64,000 bases of DNA, taken from NCBI GenBank assembly GCA_003971905.1, contig RSEE01000004.1:930001-994000 (forward strand), read 5' to 3'. The DNA comes from Moniliella sp. 'wahieum'. Its lineage: Eukaryota. The position numbers and the translations under genes were made by a program. The notes under the pieces are model-generated. The model did no database searches, had not been told where the DNA came from, and worked only from the letters and a program-made list of their open reading frames with translations. Below are positions 1 to 12,981 of the stretch, one piece after another. How positions within the stretch are numbered: the first letter of the stretch is position 1; each line of letters opens with the position of its first letter.

Positions 1-373
1 ATGTCATCTTCAGTGACTGCGTACTCACTACACCCATGTCAGAGTACCGATCGTGCTGATCTGTGTGAGTTGAGATGAGATCTCTGAGAGGCGATGGAAG
101 CAGTGGTCCAGCTTCAAGCACAAACGCGCGTGCTCCTCTCGCTACCGTCGCCTCGAGTCTGGTACTGGCTGCGCTCCCCAAAATCCCAGTTCTAGTCCCA
201 GTTCTTCTCCCAGTTCCAACTGGCATCGTCCCACCACTTCCAATCTTCTTCAAGCTTCACCCTCACCACCAGTGTCTTCTCATTCGCTTTCTTTTTCTCG
301 CAATCGCCTAGTCGCAGCCTTCTCCTGTGAAGACTGCCATATCCTTTTGTTCGCCATCCCATCCTACTGAAGA

Positions 374-2012
374 ATGGCGTCTGCACTTGACGCGTCTGTG
401 ACGCTATCGATGCCCTCTCTGTCTCCCGTGGCGGCTGCCCGGTGGCAATCGGTGCTGGAGCGGCAGATTACACCGTTCATCGCGACTCCGCAAGCACCAT
501 CAACCGTGCGCCACGTTCTCCACATTCTGATGTGCTCTGCTACCTCCGGCGGTCGTAGTACCAATGTCGCGCCTGCATTTTCCTTGGGTGTTGGCTTCTC
601 GTGGGGGGGGCAGGACGCGTCCCAGGCCACCGGACCCCCCGCCTTGCACGCTCCTCCTACTGTGACGGATGGCAGTCGCACGCAAGTCCCAGCCACCACC
701 GTTCTCCTCTCTCCTTGACGAGGAGGAGAAGAGGAGCATTTGCAACCCTGGGGTTCTACTATCGTGCATGACGCCCTGGCCCCCGTTGTGTCGGGTGAGC
801 GCTTGCACCACTCTCTTCCCTATGCCCTGATTCGGCTCCGGTAACCTCTTGTTCCACCTTCCAACCTGCCTCAAGTCCTTGTTCTCCCATATGGCTCCCC
901 TTTCGGCCCCAGCAGGATCCATGGGGTTTCACGCCGATCTTCTCCCGCAAGGCTACGAATCCTCATTGCCGCCGCCGAACCAGCCGAAAGAAGCGGTTCC
1001 GGGCGTCCGACGTGCCATCTCGCTTAATACCCTTTCTACCCCATCCTCTGGCCATCAAGATTCTGCTCCCGAGCAGAACCATGCCATCAATTCGGATCCG
1101 ATTCAGATCCCTCCAGAAAGCCTTGGCAATCCATCCCCCCCCACCCATGGCTCGGCAGTCCCCCTCGCCAATGACTCCATCCCCCCCAATGAAGATGCCA
1201 AAGCCAGTGGCAGTGTACCAACAAGGGCAAGGGGGGAAAAGGACCAGGAAAGGGAAGAAGGACTTTAAAGGCCTTCCTCGTTCTTTCGCCTGTCCGTCGC
1301 GGCACCGCCTTTGCACGCAAACCACGACCTGAGGAGGTACGTTTCCATCCCCTTTCTTTTTCTTTCCCTTTTGCTCCCAAGCTGATTCCTCGATACCCCT
1401 CTCTCTCTTTTCCCAGGCATACTTTCATCCACATGCAGGACAAGCCACACAAGTGCCCTCATTGCCAGAAACAGTTTTCCGCAAGGACGCCCTCAACCGC
1501 CATTGTCGGTCAGACTGGGTGCCAGTTCCGCCGCCGCTCAGGTTGGGCCTGGGGCTGGGGTGCAATCGCCGTCGGCCCCGTTCCCTCCAACCCACGCTGT
1601 TGATGGGCTTTATCCTCCTCCGACTGGTCCCATGGAATACCAGCCTTACCCCGTCGGGCTGGAATCGAACAGTGTACTGCCCCGTACCACTGAGGGTCCA
1701 TTCGGGGTGCCCCTTGTCCCGCCGGGACAGATGTATATACCGGACTATTCACGCGGAAGCTACCCCGCTCCAGGGAAGATGATGGCGCCCGCCTACCCTT
1801 CCCATGGTTTCCTCCTGCCCTCGGACACGGCCGCTCCGGCGCGCGGTAGAGCGGCAACAGTGTCGGGCTCAACGGGGGGAGTGTGGTCATCGTCCATGGT
1901 GTCCCCACCCAACTTCCTCCCAAGGTCCCAACCCCTACCCAGTCGGCGGCTTCCTCCCGCTCCACGCCCCGCGCCTAGCTCCGATGACCCCCTTCCTCCG
2001 ATGTGGCACTGA
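374..2012 (+). CDS. C2H2 zinc-finger transcription factor (two fingers), frameshifted in assembly
   Basis: Stitched reading RSFACP..C..AFARKHDLRR | intron 1337-1416 (GTACGT..CTGAT..CAG) | HTFIHMQDKPHKCPHCQKQFSRKDALNRH, flanked by Pro/Ser-rich ORF pieces (374-718, 849-1268, 1503-2012). Start and end are approximate. Confidence 0.75.
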
Positions 2013-2448
2013 GTTTCTCCACCCCCGTCTGCCAAGGGGAAATGGGCACTCCCCGATTCCTCCCCTCCCCCTCGCGAAATCAGACTCGACCCAACCGCAC
2101 CGGTCCATATGTTGGATCGCTTGTGTTGGCTTGCTTGGGCGTACGTGGTCTGCAGCCGGGGTGGTCTTGCTTCCCCCGCGCGCCTTCTTCTTTTCTTTAG
2201 TATATGTACCCTGTATGGTTGGTGGAGCTGGCCTCGCCATCCCCTCACCTCCATTCCCCTCGTTATGCTCTTTCCCTTTAAAGTTTTGTCTCTTGTGACC
2301 CCACCCTCCATCCACCCCGTTTTCTAGGCCCTCTGGGCCGGACTTGCACTCCATTCGCCCCCCTCCTACTTCCCTAGTCTCAAACTAGTCCCCTTCCATA
2401 TATGCCACGTGATGCATGATGTAGCTCTTACAGAGTCGGGGATGATGC

Positions 2449-2487
2449 ATGGTATGGTATGGTATGGTATGGTATGGTATGGTATGG
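2449..2487. repeat. (ATGGT)n pentanucleotide microsatellite, about 7.8 copies
   Basis: atggtatggtatggt... read directly from the sequence. Confidence 0.95.
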
Positions 2488-3081
2488 ACCGACCTATCCT
2501 AGTGGCCGATCGAAGATGCCAGAAAGAGGTCCAATTGAGGGAAGGGTGCGCCATGCCAGCAGCTCAATGTGTTGAGGCTCAACGTCAACGTTGCCCTCAC
2601 CCTCCTCAGTCTGAGACTCGGGCTTAGCGAGCCAGGCCAGAAGGATGGGTTGGGGATGCACAGATCGCGCCCTCGTGCCCAACCCCTCCGAGAGATGGAC
2701 GATGGAGCGTGCACGCCATGTCCCATTTCCTGCGCCGCACCTTGCGCAGCGTTTTCATCTTCTACCCTCGTTCCGCTCCCACCCACCAAACGACGGGGTC
2801 CTACTACCTTCTCTCATCTCGTCTATAGCCACATCGATTCGGTTTCAGAGTCTGGTTGAATGAGGGGGTCGCATTGGTGACTAGGGGCAGGCGCAGGGCA
2901 CCATCCCAGATTGGGGGGCAAGGCATGGGCATGGTGGTCGCCTGGGTGGACAAGTTAGCAACCAGAGTCAACACACGTCGCGCCAGTCCCGATGGAAGTA
3001 GGGAAGTACGGAACCAGGGGGAAAGGAACGGCGAAAACGTACCTGCGCAGGAAGACGGTGCAAGCTAGCTGGTCGCACGGC

Positions 3082-3451
3082 TCAATGGAGAGGTAGTGGC
3101 GACCTTGGCGCGCCGACGAGCCAGGATCTTACGGCCGGCCTTGGTGCGGAGCCGGGCGCGAAGCCGAATTTGCGCTTGCGCTTCTGGGTGTTGGGCTGGT
3201 AGTCGGTACCACGGCAAAACGTGGCGCTTGAGCATGCCGGGCGTAGAGGGGAGCAGGGCAGAGGTGGGGGAAGAGCCACGGACCAGACCGCTGGAGTGGA
3301 ACCGGGGGCGAGCCCGGCGAGCAGCGGCGGCGAGGAGCGGCAGAGGGGGCGCGGGCGAGCGCAAGGGGCGCACAACGGCCGTGCCGCTGGGCGCGCGGAC
3401 AGAGGCACGCAGGACACGCACCGTCGACGAGAAGCGGAAGGAGCTGCGCAT
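3082..3451 (-). CDS. MRPL34: Mitochondrial large ribosomal subunit protein bL34m
   Basis: Arg/Ser-rich presequence MRSSFRFSSTVRVLRASVR..., then RGTDYQPNTQKRKRKFGF(x)ARLRTKAGRKILARRRAKGRHYLS, the L34 signature, spread over two frames. Confidence 0.85.
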
Positions 3452-4264
3452 CGTCTCGGCTGGGCTGGTGGTCGCGCTGCTCGTGTTGGCGCCCGTCAGC
3501 ACGGCCAGTGGCCCCGCCAGGAAGGTCCCGGGCGGAACGGGAGGGAACAAACACCATTCCGCCTCGGCTCGCTGGTTGAACTTCAACTAGAACTTGAAAC
3601 ATTGAAGGTTGAACGTTGAACGTTGACTATTGAAGCGTCTGGGTCTGGAAGCCGGATGCCTGAAATGTAAAACGTTGCATGCCATCTGCAAAACATCGAT
3701 CGACGCCGCCCAAACCGTCGCCTGCCTATATTCCCTCGCTGCGCTCCAGCGCCCAAGCAGCAGTCCGGTGCTCATGGCACCAGCCTCCTAGCCTCCTATG
3801 CGACTGCACGGGTTGCCCATGGCGTCCTGCACTAGCCCAGTCCAACCCCACCCTCAGTCCAAGCAAGAGGCTACAAGTACAACGTACATTGGAACGTCAG
3901 GGAGCCATCCGGATCCCCGAGGCAGAGGAACAGGAAACTCGAACGAGAGGGAGAGCGGGTAGGACAACGGAATTACCAAAACGGGGGTAGGACCTCATAG
4001 CGAGGTCCACGGTCAGGGTGTCCTACGCAACAGCCCAGTCCGCCAGGGACTGGGAGGGAGGTGGCGAGCGGAGAGAGAGAGGAGAAGGACAGGCAGGTAG
4101 ACGGAGGTATATCAAGAGTGGGGTAGGGCCGGCCCGAAAGGCGCTCTACCCATGGTAAACGGTGGAGGATTCTAATCCAGGAGGTTTCTCCTGGAGGAAG
4201 GGATTAGGAGGAGGTCAGACCAAGGCCAAAGGGCAGACCCCCCGAAATTAAGGAGAAAAAGAAA

Positions 4265-6782
4265 TTAAACAGCAAATGCTCCATCCCCTCGACCAGGACG
4301 GGGGACATCGGATGCGGGGTAGTAGATAGATGGGCTCGGTGCTTTCTCCCCCTTGGCCTCGCCAGCTTCTGGGGGCGCAAGCCACGGCGGCGCATGGACG
4401 CGAAGCAACGCGCCAGAGAGCTTTGACCTGCGCCGCCGAAGGTCGTTCCAGCGGATCGGTCGACACCATGGTCTCAACCAACGCGCCGCCGCATCCGGCA
4501 ACCGTCCTCCGCCGGGCAAGATAATAGCTGGCGTACCGTCGCGGTAGGGCGCAGGAGGCAAGGGGGAGGTACTCGCGACCAAACTTTCGGGACCGGGTCC
4601 GAGTCGGGATCTTTGCGGTCCAGGTGGGTGCACTTGCTGGTCGCGCAAGGACCCGGGAAAGGGTGAACGAACCGCGCTAACGCTTGGGCTTCGATCCGTT
4701 GGGCTTGCACCGACAGGCGCGGAGGGGGAGACGAAGCTGACCGCGTTGCGGTGGTGGAGAAGGATCGGACGAGGTGTCCACCATGTGAGTCTACCCGCGC
4801 CGCGTCAAAAGGCGGGGAAGCATGGGCATCGACCAACGAAGTGGAAGAATGCGAATACAACGACGTAGACGACGCGCCCAAACCCAAGCCCAACGTAGAC
4901 GGTGACACGTTGGGAAGATAAAGTTGACGGAATCTTCGTCCGCTCCGAGGAGGCCAGCTACCGCGCGTGCGGCTTTGCGCGGTCCCATGCGGACTACCAA
5001 CGACGCTCCCAAGCCTAGACCGAGACCCGCAAGCCCGTCTGGCTCTTGTTCCGCCAGCGCATCGGGTACTGCGGTGCGGTGGGACGGTGGTGGTGCACGG
5101 GCGCGTAGAGGGATGGGGAGGAAGGTGCGGAGGTTAGCCCGGGGGAAGCAGAGATCAGAGGAACAAGTCGAGCTAGCCGAACTGGGCAGGCGAAGCGGCA
5201 GACCCGAAGCGGGTGTGGCAACTGGGCCAGCCAAACCTGACCCTCCTAACCCGGATCCCGAAGCAGCGGAAAGGATTGGTTCCATAGGTGGCGGGAGGAG
5301 AGACTGGCGCGTAGCTCGATCCTGTTCCTCCGTTTGGAAAAAATGGGCTTTGCGATGCAACAGGTCGACCATGGAGGAGGCCTTGCTAAACGGCTCGACT
5401 CCACACGCTAGGCTGTACAGAACAGCACCCAAACTCCAAATATCAATCGCGTAGTCGAAACCTTCGTGGCTATCTTGCCGCGCATGCATGCCGTGCACCG
5501 GGGGCGAGACGGGGGAAGAAGGAGGACGAGTGCGAAGCGAGCCAGAACGGGTCAACTCAGGAGCTCCATAGGCCGGGGTGGAGAGACCTGCACCATCAGT
5601 GGGCAGGTGGTCTGGGTCGAGCCAAAGGGTGGAGTTGAAGTCGCATAGTTTGATGCTCAGGTCTTCGGTCAACTAGATTGATTACAGGAGGTCAGCATTG
5701 CCATCTTGACGCACAAATGCAGTAGAATGAGAGACAGAGACAAGAGATACGTACCAACACATTTTCCTTCTTGAGATCGGCGTGGACCGCACCTTGCTTA
5801 TGCATCCAATCCAGCACATCGGCCAATTCCCGCCCAGCGAAGCCAGCGGGCCAGGCTGATGGCATACGGATGTTGCTCACAAAACGTGGCCAGCGAAGTG
5901 GGCAGAAGCTCGAGGACGATCGTCACCTCAGCCGAGGGCGCCGGCCCCTCGCCCGACTCGGACGGCTCGTACTGCACATCCAACAATCGCACAATGCCCC
6001 TGTGACCTGACAGGCGGCGAAGGGAGAAGACTTCGTCGAGCCCAAGGCCTGGGAAACCGAGTCAGAGTACAGGCGCTTGATGGCGCACAACTGCCAGTGG
6101 GGATGGGCTTGTGCTCCCGCCGCAGCTGAAGCTGGAGTTGAGGAGGGAGAGGGGGCACGCGGAGCCAGTGCAGGCGCCCAAGCGCCCAGGTACACTTGGC
6201 AGTTACGTCCCTCGCCCAGAATGAGGTCAGGGCGATGTGGCGCACGAAGGAGTGCGGTGGGGTGGTGTGGTACTGCAGGCGAATGAAGGCAGCCTCCTGC
6301 TGGCGCTGGACGTTGGAGCGGCGGCCGGTGGAGCGTCGGACAGGCAGGGCGGACGAAGGTGAGCGCGGAGAGGAGGAGGGGGGATGGGCGGGAGAGTCGC
6401 GTTTGATGCAGACATGTGTGTGGGAGAGGGTTTGGGCAAGGTAGTTGCGGGTGATAGGGCGGGTGAGAGGGCGGGGAGCGGCGGGGGGGGGCGTGAGAAC
6501 GGAGAGGGCGAGTCGAAGATGGAGTTGCGCGAGGGCACGCGGTGCATGGGGCCGGCGCCGCTCAGTGCAGTGGGCAGGCGGGGGTGGGTGGGCAGGGGAG
6601 AGATAAGCAGGCTGGGTTGGGCGAGGGAGAGTGGGCGGATGGGGGGAGGAAGGTGGTGTGGCGGCAGCAGCCGCAGCGACGGCGGCGCGGCAGCAGTGTC
6701 GATGGCGAGCACGGGGCGGGGTGGGCGCAGGCGGGGGGGGCATGGCTGGGGGCAGCGGGCGGGGACACGCGGGGGCAGCCAT
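4265..6782 (-). CDS. Ser/Thr protein kinase, non-RD, DFN variant
   Basis: LGEGRNCQVYLG (glycine loop), CAIKRL, VHADLKKENVL | intron 5673-5754 | IKLCDFNS, TPAYGAPE, DIWSLGAVLYSLACGVEPF, and subdomain XI MVSTDPLERPSAAQV. Start and stop are approximate. Confidence 0.85.
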
Positions 6783-7920
6783 GGGCGCGCGTGGGAGGAA
6801 GAAAGGCGGTGGTGGGGACGAGAAAGGAGGGCGTGGCTGGCGAGTCATGCAAGTCATCTGTCTAGTATCTATGTGGCCGTGCCCGCTGCAGAGAGCCTGG
6901 GCTGGTCCTCCACCTGCCCGGCCGCTGCAGTGTCCCTGGCTGACAGTGACATTGGCACGTGACGGCGTCTGCATGCCACACTGCGCCGGCCCCCCCACAC
7001 TGTGCCTGCGCTGCGGCAGCGGCCCCCCGCCGACACAAGCGGCGCGTCGGCTGCATGCATCGGCTGCGTCCGCGTGTCAGCGCGCCGCCTGCCCGTGCCG
7101 CGTCTGCGCTGGCGGGCGGCCGCCTGCAGGGGAAATGGCGCAGGCACTGCAAAGGACGCAGCCCAGCCAAGCGTCCGTGTGCTTACTGCATGCGGGCCAC
7201 AGCGGCCGGGTGCGGCGTCCCGGGCTCTTAGTCGGGTGGCCAGCTGCAGATCCAGCGCCCACCACCCACGGGGGCGCAAACTCGACACTGGCCCCGAGCC
7301 TCCCGCAGACAGCCGCCCGCCTCGTCCAGGGTCCAGGCCCGAGGCAACCGCAGGCAACAGAAACCGTCCTGGACAGACAGTGGGCTGCTGCCCGCTGCTG
7401 CCTCCACAGCGGCCGATCCACGATGCTCGCAGGCCAGCCCTTGGCGCTGGCTTAGCCCTTAGCCCTTGCCCTTTGTTGCTTGATTTGATGCTTCGGTCGT
7501 GGGCGCTCGGGCGCTCAGGCGCTCTACTGCTGTCTGCATTGGGGGGCTGAACAAGTGCCCGTCTGGTGACCCTATAACCAACCCGGTCTGGCCGGCGAAT
7601 AGCGGCGAACTCGCCGGACACGCCACGCGCCGCTGCTACGGGGTCTCTGCCTGGCGCCGGGCAAGGCGTGTTGCACGCCGGACCAGCCACATTCCACCCC
7701 CCCTGGACAGATGCGCGAGGGAGGACATGGACGGCGCGTCATGCGTGTCTGCTTGCCTGACTTGCCCCCCCCCTTTTTTCTCCTTTTTCTCTCGGGGCTC
7801 CTATTTCCCACCGCATGGACCACGGGCACTGGAATAAGGGGCAGGAGCGGGGCTAGCGGGGCCCACGCTTTCTTCTGCCATGTGATACGACCGCACCTGG
7901 ACAGGGCGCATCGAGCATGG

Positions 7921-8131
7921 TGTCACAGGCCTAGCTAGCGATGCTGGCGATGGTCGATGGAGATGGCATTCAAGAGCTAAGGAGAGCTAGAGCTATGGGC
8001 CTTGATAGGCTCCTGGCCTGGAGGCCAGTGGAAACCCGTGGAAGGGTCGGAACTCACTGCCCCGGTGCACTGTGTGGATCGGGCCACGTGTCACTGAAGG
8101 CCGATGGGCTCTAGACCACTGGTGGTCAACA
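7921..8131 (-). repeat. 3' LTR of the copia element (211 bp)
   Basis: TGTCACAGG...GGTGGTCAACA, identical to 12982-13190 except for one 2-bp indel (gaccactgg vs gacctgg). Confidence 0.97.
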
Positions 8132-11100
8132 CCCCCGCTGGCCAGAGGTCTCAGTGGTACGATGGAAGGTTGTAACGTCCTCAAGCTTGAGGCGAGGCAA
8201 GTTGGCCAGGAGTGAGACCTTAGTGGCTGGTTTGGTGAGGATGTCGGCCGGGTTCTCGTTTCCAGCAATGTGCGCGATTTTGACTTCGCCCGAGTCGACA
8301 TGCTGGCGTACGTTGTGGTACCGGATGTTCAGCTCACGTAGTTTGCCCGTGCTGCCCACTTTTTCGGCCAAGGCAAGTGCCGCCATGTTGTCGCAGTACC
8401 AGTGTATGGGCTCGTCTGAGGTGATGGCACCGAGCTCCAGTAAGATGTTTTTAACGTAGTTCGCATCAATGAGGCCCTCATATCCCGCCGTATATTCGGC
8501 CGCAGCAGTGTTGGTGACGCTCTTGGGTTGACGCACGCTCCTCCAGGACACTGGAACCCCGTAGACGAAAAGCAGGCATCCCGACGTGGAACGCCATTGG
8601 TCAGGGTCTCCAGCCAGGTCGGCATCCGTGTATAGCGCGAGAGCGGGTGCGTTAGGCTCGGGTGTTAGTCGGAGACCGTAGCCCTTGGTACCGTAGAGGT
8701 AGCGGAGGAAGTTTGTTGCCGCAGCGCGGTGGGCCTTGGAGGGATCGGCAGTTGCTCGGCTTAGAGCTGAGATGCCGAACAGCGCATCAGGGCGGCACAT
8801 GCGGGCAGCCCACAGCCCAGATCCTACTTTGGCTTGATAGTCGCGTCTCTCGGCGGGCAGTGCGGGCGGTTCGGGGTCGGTGCGCGCGGGGATCATCTTG
8901 CTGGGGTGGGGGAGGCCCATAACCAGGGGTGGCGGAACCTCATGTTTGGCAATGGATTCCTCAATGAATTTTGGCTGGCTAAGGTACAGTTTCCCGTTTA
9001 TGGTGTCGTACTGGCAGCCAAGATGGTAGTGTAGGGGGCCGTTTCCCCGCACCTCGATATGGGTGTTGATCTCAGTGAGGAAGGAATCGTAGCGTGCGTG
9101 AGACGTGCAGGCGATGAGAAGATCGTCGGTGTGCACGGCAAGGAGGACCGTGTCGCCTTTACGGGGTCGGATGAACAAGCACGGCTCAGCCAGAGATTGT
9201 ACAAAACCCATGTCTCCGCGGAGCAAGTCACGGATGAATACCGCCCAGTTTGCGCCGGATTGGTGGAGGCCATATAGGCTTTTCCGGAGACGCCAGACCT
9301 TGCCTTTTTCCTCGGGAAAGAATGGGGGTGGGCGGAGGTACACTTTTTCCGTGAGGGGAGCGTTCAAATAGGCAGAGTGCACATCAGCAGTGAAGAGGTG
9401 GAGGCCGAACTTTCCAGCAAGGGCGATAAGGCTGAGGATGGCAGGAGTGCGCACGGCAGGGGCGAATGTTTGTCCCCATGTGTCAGCATCCTGCTGGTGG
9501 CCCCCGGCAACGAGACGGGCTCGGTAGCGTAGGAAATTTCCGTCCGCGTCCGTTTTGGTGTTGATGCGCCATAGACCAATCAGCAGCTGCGCGTCTGGAG
9601 GGGGCGTGACGACTTCGAATGTGCCGTAGCGGGCTAGGGTGTCGATTTCCGTGCGCATCGCCTCCAGCACTGGTTCGAATGAGGGGTGTGATTGGAGGCC
9701 CTTCATTGTCTTGGGTGCAACAGGTACTCCGTCCTTGGTGAGCTGGATGCGCTCGTGCGGCCCTGGCTCGCTAAGGGCGATCATCGCCTTGTATTCAGGC
9801 GGATGGAGACCGTCGCTGTACGCGGGCAGGGCAGTGTCGGGCAGTGGGAAGCGTAGGCCGATCGCAGGACTACGACTACCGTCAGGGAGGGGAACCGGAG
9901 GCAGCGCGGCAGCGTGTGCGTGGAAGTCACCATCATGAGGGTCGTCCGCTACGGGGAGCTGTGCCCAGTCAAGGTCAAAACGGCGCTGGTGGGTCCGGGC
10001 GGGGTACCGTCTGGTGGGGGGGTGGTTGGATGGGTGTCGTTTTGTCTTGCGATGGTCGCGTCAGTATCAGTGTTGATTCTCGGTGGTGTGTTGGGATTTG
10101 CAACTTCAATTTTGTTCATTTTTTCTTCTCCCTTTTTGGTTTCAGTGTCAGTCATAGTTCTGTCAGGCAGGGGTTGAGCGGGGAAGCGAGATACGTCAGG
10201 CGGAAAGCGGTCGGGGAAAACCTCGTGGTATTGGCGCTGGGTCCACTTGTATGGTTTTGCCCATTGGGATCGGAACGTGCCCATGGACGGGTCGTACACA
10301 GCCCAGCGCCAACCCTTTGTACCTCGACCTGCGTCGTACCCGACGAGCATGGCTTCGACAGCCCGCGGACTGAGCTTATGGTCACGTTGGTCCTGGGCCA
10401 GGTGAAGGTACGCCAAGGATCCGAAGGCGTGCATTGGCAGCGGTGGGGGTGACCCCTTGTACAGCTCAGCCCGAGATTGTGTGCCCTGGCGTGGAGATGT
10501 CGGTGGCATGAGGTTGTGCGTCCAGCACCCTGCCAGCAAGGCATCCTGCCACCAGTTTGATGTCGGGAGGCCCGAGGCGATGATGAGTTGGCGCGCGCGT
10601 GTGGTGATTGCCTGGATGGCTCGCTCGGCCACCCCATTTGATTGACTTTGGCCTGGTATGGTGGTTTCCGTCGTGATACCTTCGGATTCAAGGAACGGAC
10701 GGAGTGCGCTGGTGAGCTCGGGGGCATTGTCTGTCTTCAAGATGCGAAGCAGACGGTCCTTTCCGATGCGTTGCTCGCGGGTGATGAGTTTTTCAGCTCC
10801 GCCGTGGCTTGTCCTTTCGTCTTTAGGGGAACAGCGAAGGTGTAACGGCTCCAGTCATCAACCGCGACCAGGGCGTATCCATGTCCCATGCCAGTGATGC
10901 GAGGGAGGTCGACTACGTCGGCGTGCAGTACTTCGAAAGGACGTTCCGAAATGCGGCGGCCGTGGCGCGAAGGGTGGCTGGGCGCTTTGGCCAGAGCTTT
11001 TGTGCAGGTGGGACAATGCCAGAAGGGGCGGATGCGTCGGATTTGGGCAGGGCTGACGCGGAGGCTCGCTCGCGCGTTGGCGGTTAGTGTCGGGAGTAGG

Positions 11101-11600
11101 TCTAGCGCGGCGTGGTTGTACTGTTGGTGAACGTACATGACGTGCTCGATGGTGTTGGCTGCGGTGTGTTGGGTGGCGACGGCAGCTTTGGCCGCGTGTT
11201 CGTTTGTGGGTGTCGGTTTCGGGACGATGTTCAGCTTGTATGAGGAATCCGCGATTTGGTGATATTTGCCATGCTTGTCATTTAACCAGATACCTTTTCG
11301 GTGGGGGGCGAACCAGGATGCGTGGCCTGCGTCACTTATTTGCGCTACGCTCGTGAGATTGCTTGCTATGCCGGGGACGTATAGACTGCCGGGTAGGTCT
11401 ACATGGATACATTTGCCGTCGGTACACTTGATACCGATGCTACATGTTCCGCGTCCACTGGCTTTAATATGTTTTCCATCAGCGATTTCGATTGAGCGGT
11501 TGCTGGGCTTGAGGGTTTTGAATACCCTGAGATCCTTCCAGATGCTAGGATCCGCGCCCGAGTCGTGACGAGACTGGATGTCCTGGTTGCCCGCGAGTTC
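8126..11600 (-). CDS. pol: Copia Pol: aspartic protease, integrase, reverse transcriptase, RNase H (frameshifts in assembly)
   Basis: PR HDSGA...IADG...LYVPGIASNLTSV; IN zinc finger HQQYNH...CPTC, LHADVV, KTDNAPEL, QSNGVAERAI; RT RYRARLVAGG, DVHSAYL, LRKSLYGLHQS, HTDDLL; RNase H YTDADLAG, AEY, YCDNMAAL, NPADILTK. Confidence 0.95.
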
Positions 11601-12836
11601 CTATTTGTCAGATAGGGCAAGGTCCACAGACAGGGTCTCCCCTTCGGAGACGTCGTCTTCGGTGGCAATGTGCGCTCGCGCGGAGCTGTTGCGGTGCCAT
11701 TTGTTGTTCGAAGGAACCCCGGTGTGGCCGGACGGCTTTCTCGCAAGAGCACCCCCGCTACGGGGAGATGCACCGGCAGGAGGACCCCCGCTATGCTGCT
11801 GGGATCCCGCGCTGTCGTGTTTGCCAGCGCCCGAGTTGGCGGTCCGGGGGTGACGGCCCCGGTACGGAATTCTGTACTCTGGGTCCGCTGGGATTCTCTC
11901 CACGTCTTGCATTGTCTCCGCCAGAGTCATGTGCTCTAGGCGGCGACGGTCACCAGGGTCGCGGAGGGCCCCGACGAGGATACGGCGGAATTGCTCGTCC
12001 GACATCGGTGTGGTTGCGCTGATCCGGTTGCGGAGCGTCCCCATTTCAGATAGGAACGCGCTCCCGCTGCGCCGGTTTTGGTAGCAGTGGTGAAAGCGAC
12101 TGGACAATTCATGATACGTCTTGCAGTCGACCGTACCGTATTTGTTTCGCAGGGCACGGAGCAAGTCAGCTGACGTGTCAACGTTGTCCTGTGCAATAAT
12201 GGCAGATTGAACGTCGTTCGGGAGGTGGGACCACAGAAGGTTCTGGAGGCGTAGATCGAGGGACGAGTCGTAGTGTGGTGACGATGGACCGGAGCGAACG
12301 ATGTCCTTCGCGGCGGGGTGGATGCGGTCCAGGATGTTGAGGATGGAGGGCTCCCAGAGCACATATTCGGTGGGGTCGCGGAAGGCGTCCTTGCGCGTCG
12401 CGTTGGTACGCTCGATCTCTTTTGACGCGCGTTTCTCAGCGTGGCGAAGCTCGGCCATGTCCTCACTCGCGGATGCAAGGGCCTCACGGGTGTTTTGCGG
12501 CTTCGTGAATTCAACGGCCAATACATATTTCTCCAACGCGAGGGTGAGCGTGTGAGTGTAGATCCAATTTTCCTTTCCGCCCGGTGTTTTCTTGCTTCGG
12601 TCCATACGCCGCCGTGTGTGCATCCGTAGCGAACGAGCGGCATGTGGAGCGGAGATTGTCAGCGCTGGTGGGCTTGAACGCGCGGGTGCTTGCGAGGAGG
12701 TTGTCTCTGACGTCGGTGAGGGCCTGTTGCCAGGTCGGGTCGGAGACAGGGGTGGTGGTCGGTTCGTCGATGTCTGCGCTCTTCGATGACAGAGACTTCG
12801 GGAGGAGGGGTGTTTTCTTCCAGTTCGGGGGGCATG
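11601..12836 (-). CDS. gag: Copia Gag-like capsid protein
   Basis: 340-aa ORF 11601-12623 (..LQNLLWSHLPNDVQSAII..SADLLRALRNKYG..FLSEMGTLRNRI..), extended upstream across frameshifts to an ATG near 12836. It lies between the 5' LTR and the protease. Confidence 0.8.
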   Translation of the reverse strand, partial: HAPRTGRKHPSSRSLCHRRAQTSTNRPPPLSPTRPGNRPSPTSETTSSQAPARSSPPALTISAPHAARSLRMHTRRRMDRSKKTPGGKENWIYTHTLTLALEKYVLAVEFTKPQNTREALASASEDMAELRHAEKRASKEIERTNATRKDAFRDPTEYVLWEPSILNILDRIHPAAKDIVRSGPSSPHYDSSLDLRLQNLLWSHLPNDVQSAIIAQDNVDTSADLLRALRNKYGTVDCKTYHELSSRFHHCYQNRRSGSAFLSEMGTLRNRISATTPMSDEQFRRILVGALRDPGDRRRLEHMTLAETMQDVERIPADPEYRIPYRGRHPRTANSGAGKHDSAGSQQHSGGPPAGASPRSGGALARKPSGHTGVPSNNKWHRNSSARAHIATEDDVSEGETLSVDLALSDK

Positions 12837-12981
12837 GTGGCTGATTTTCCTGTTTTTTTTTGAATGGTGGTGTGTGGTGCGATGGTGGCGTTGGGGGTGG
12901 TGGTGGTGGTGGACGGTGGGCGCCGATGGTGGTGATGAGTATTGATCCTTTGCGCCAGTGGGGTGCTTCAGATTGTAGCTC

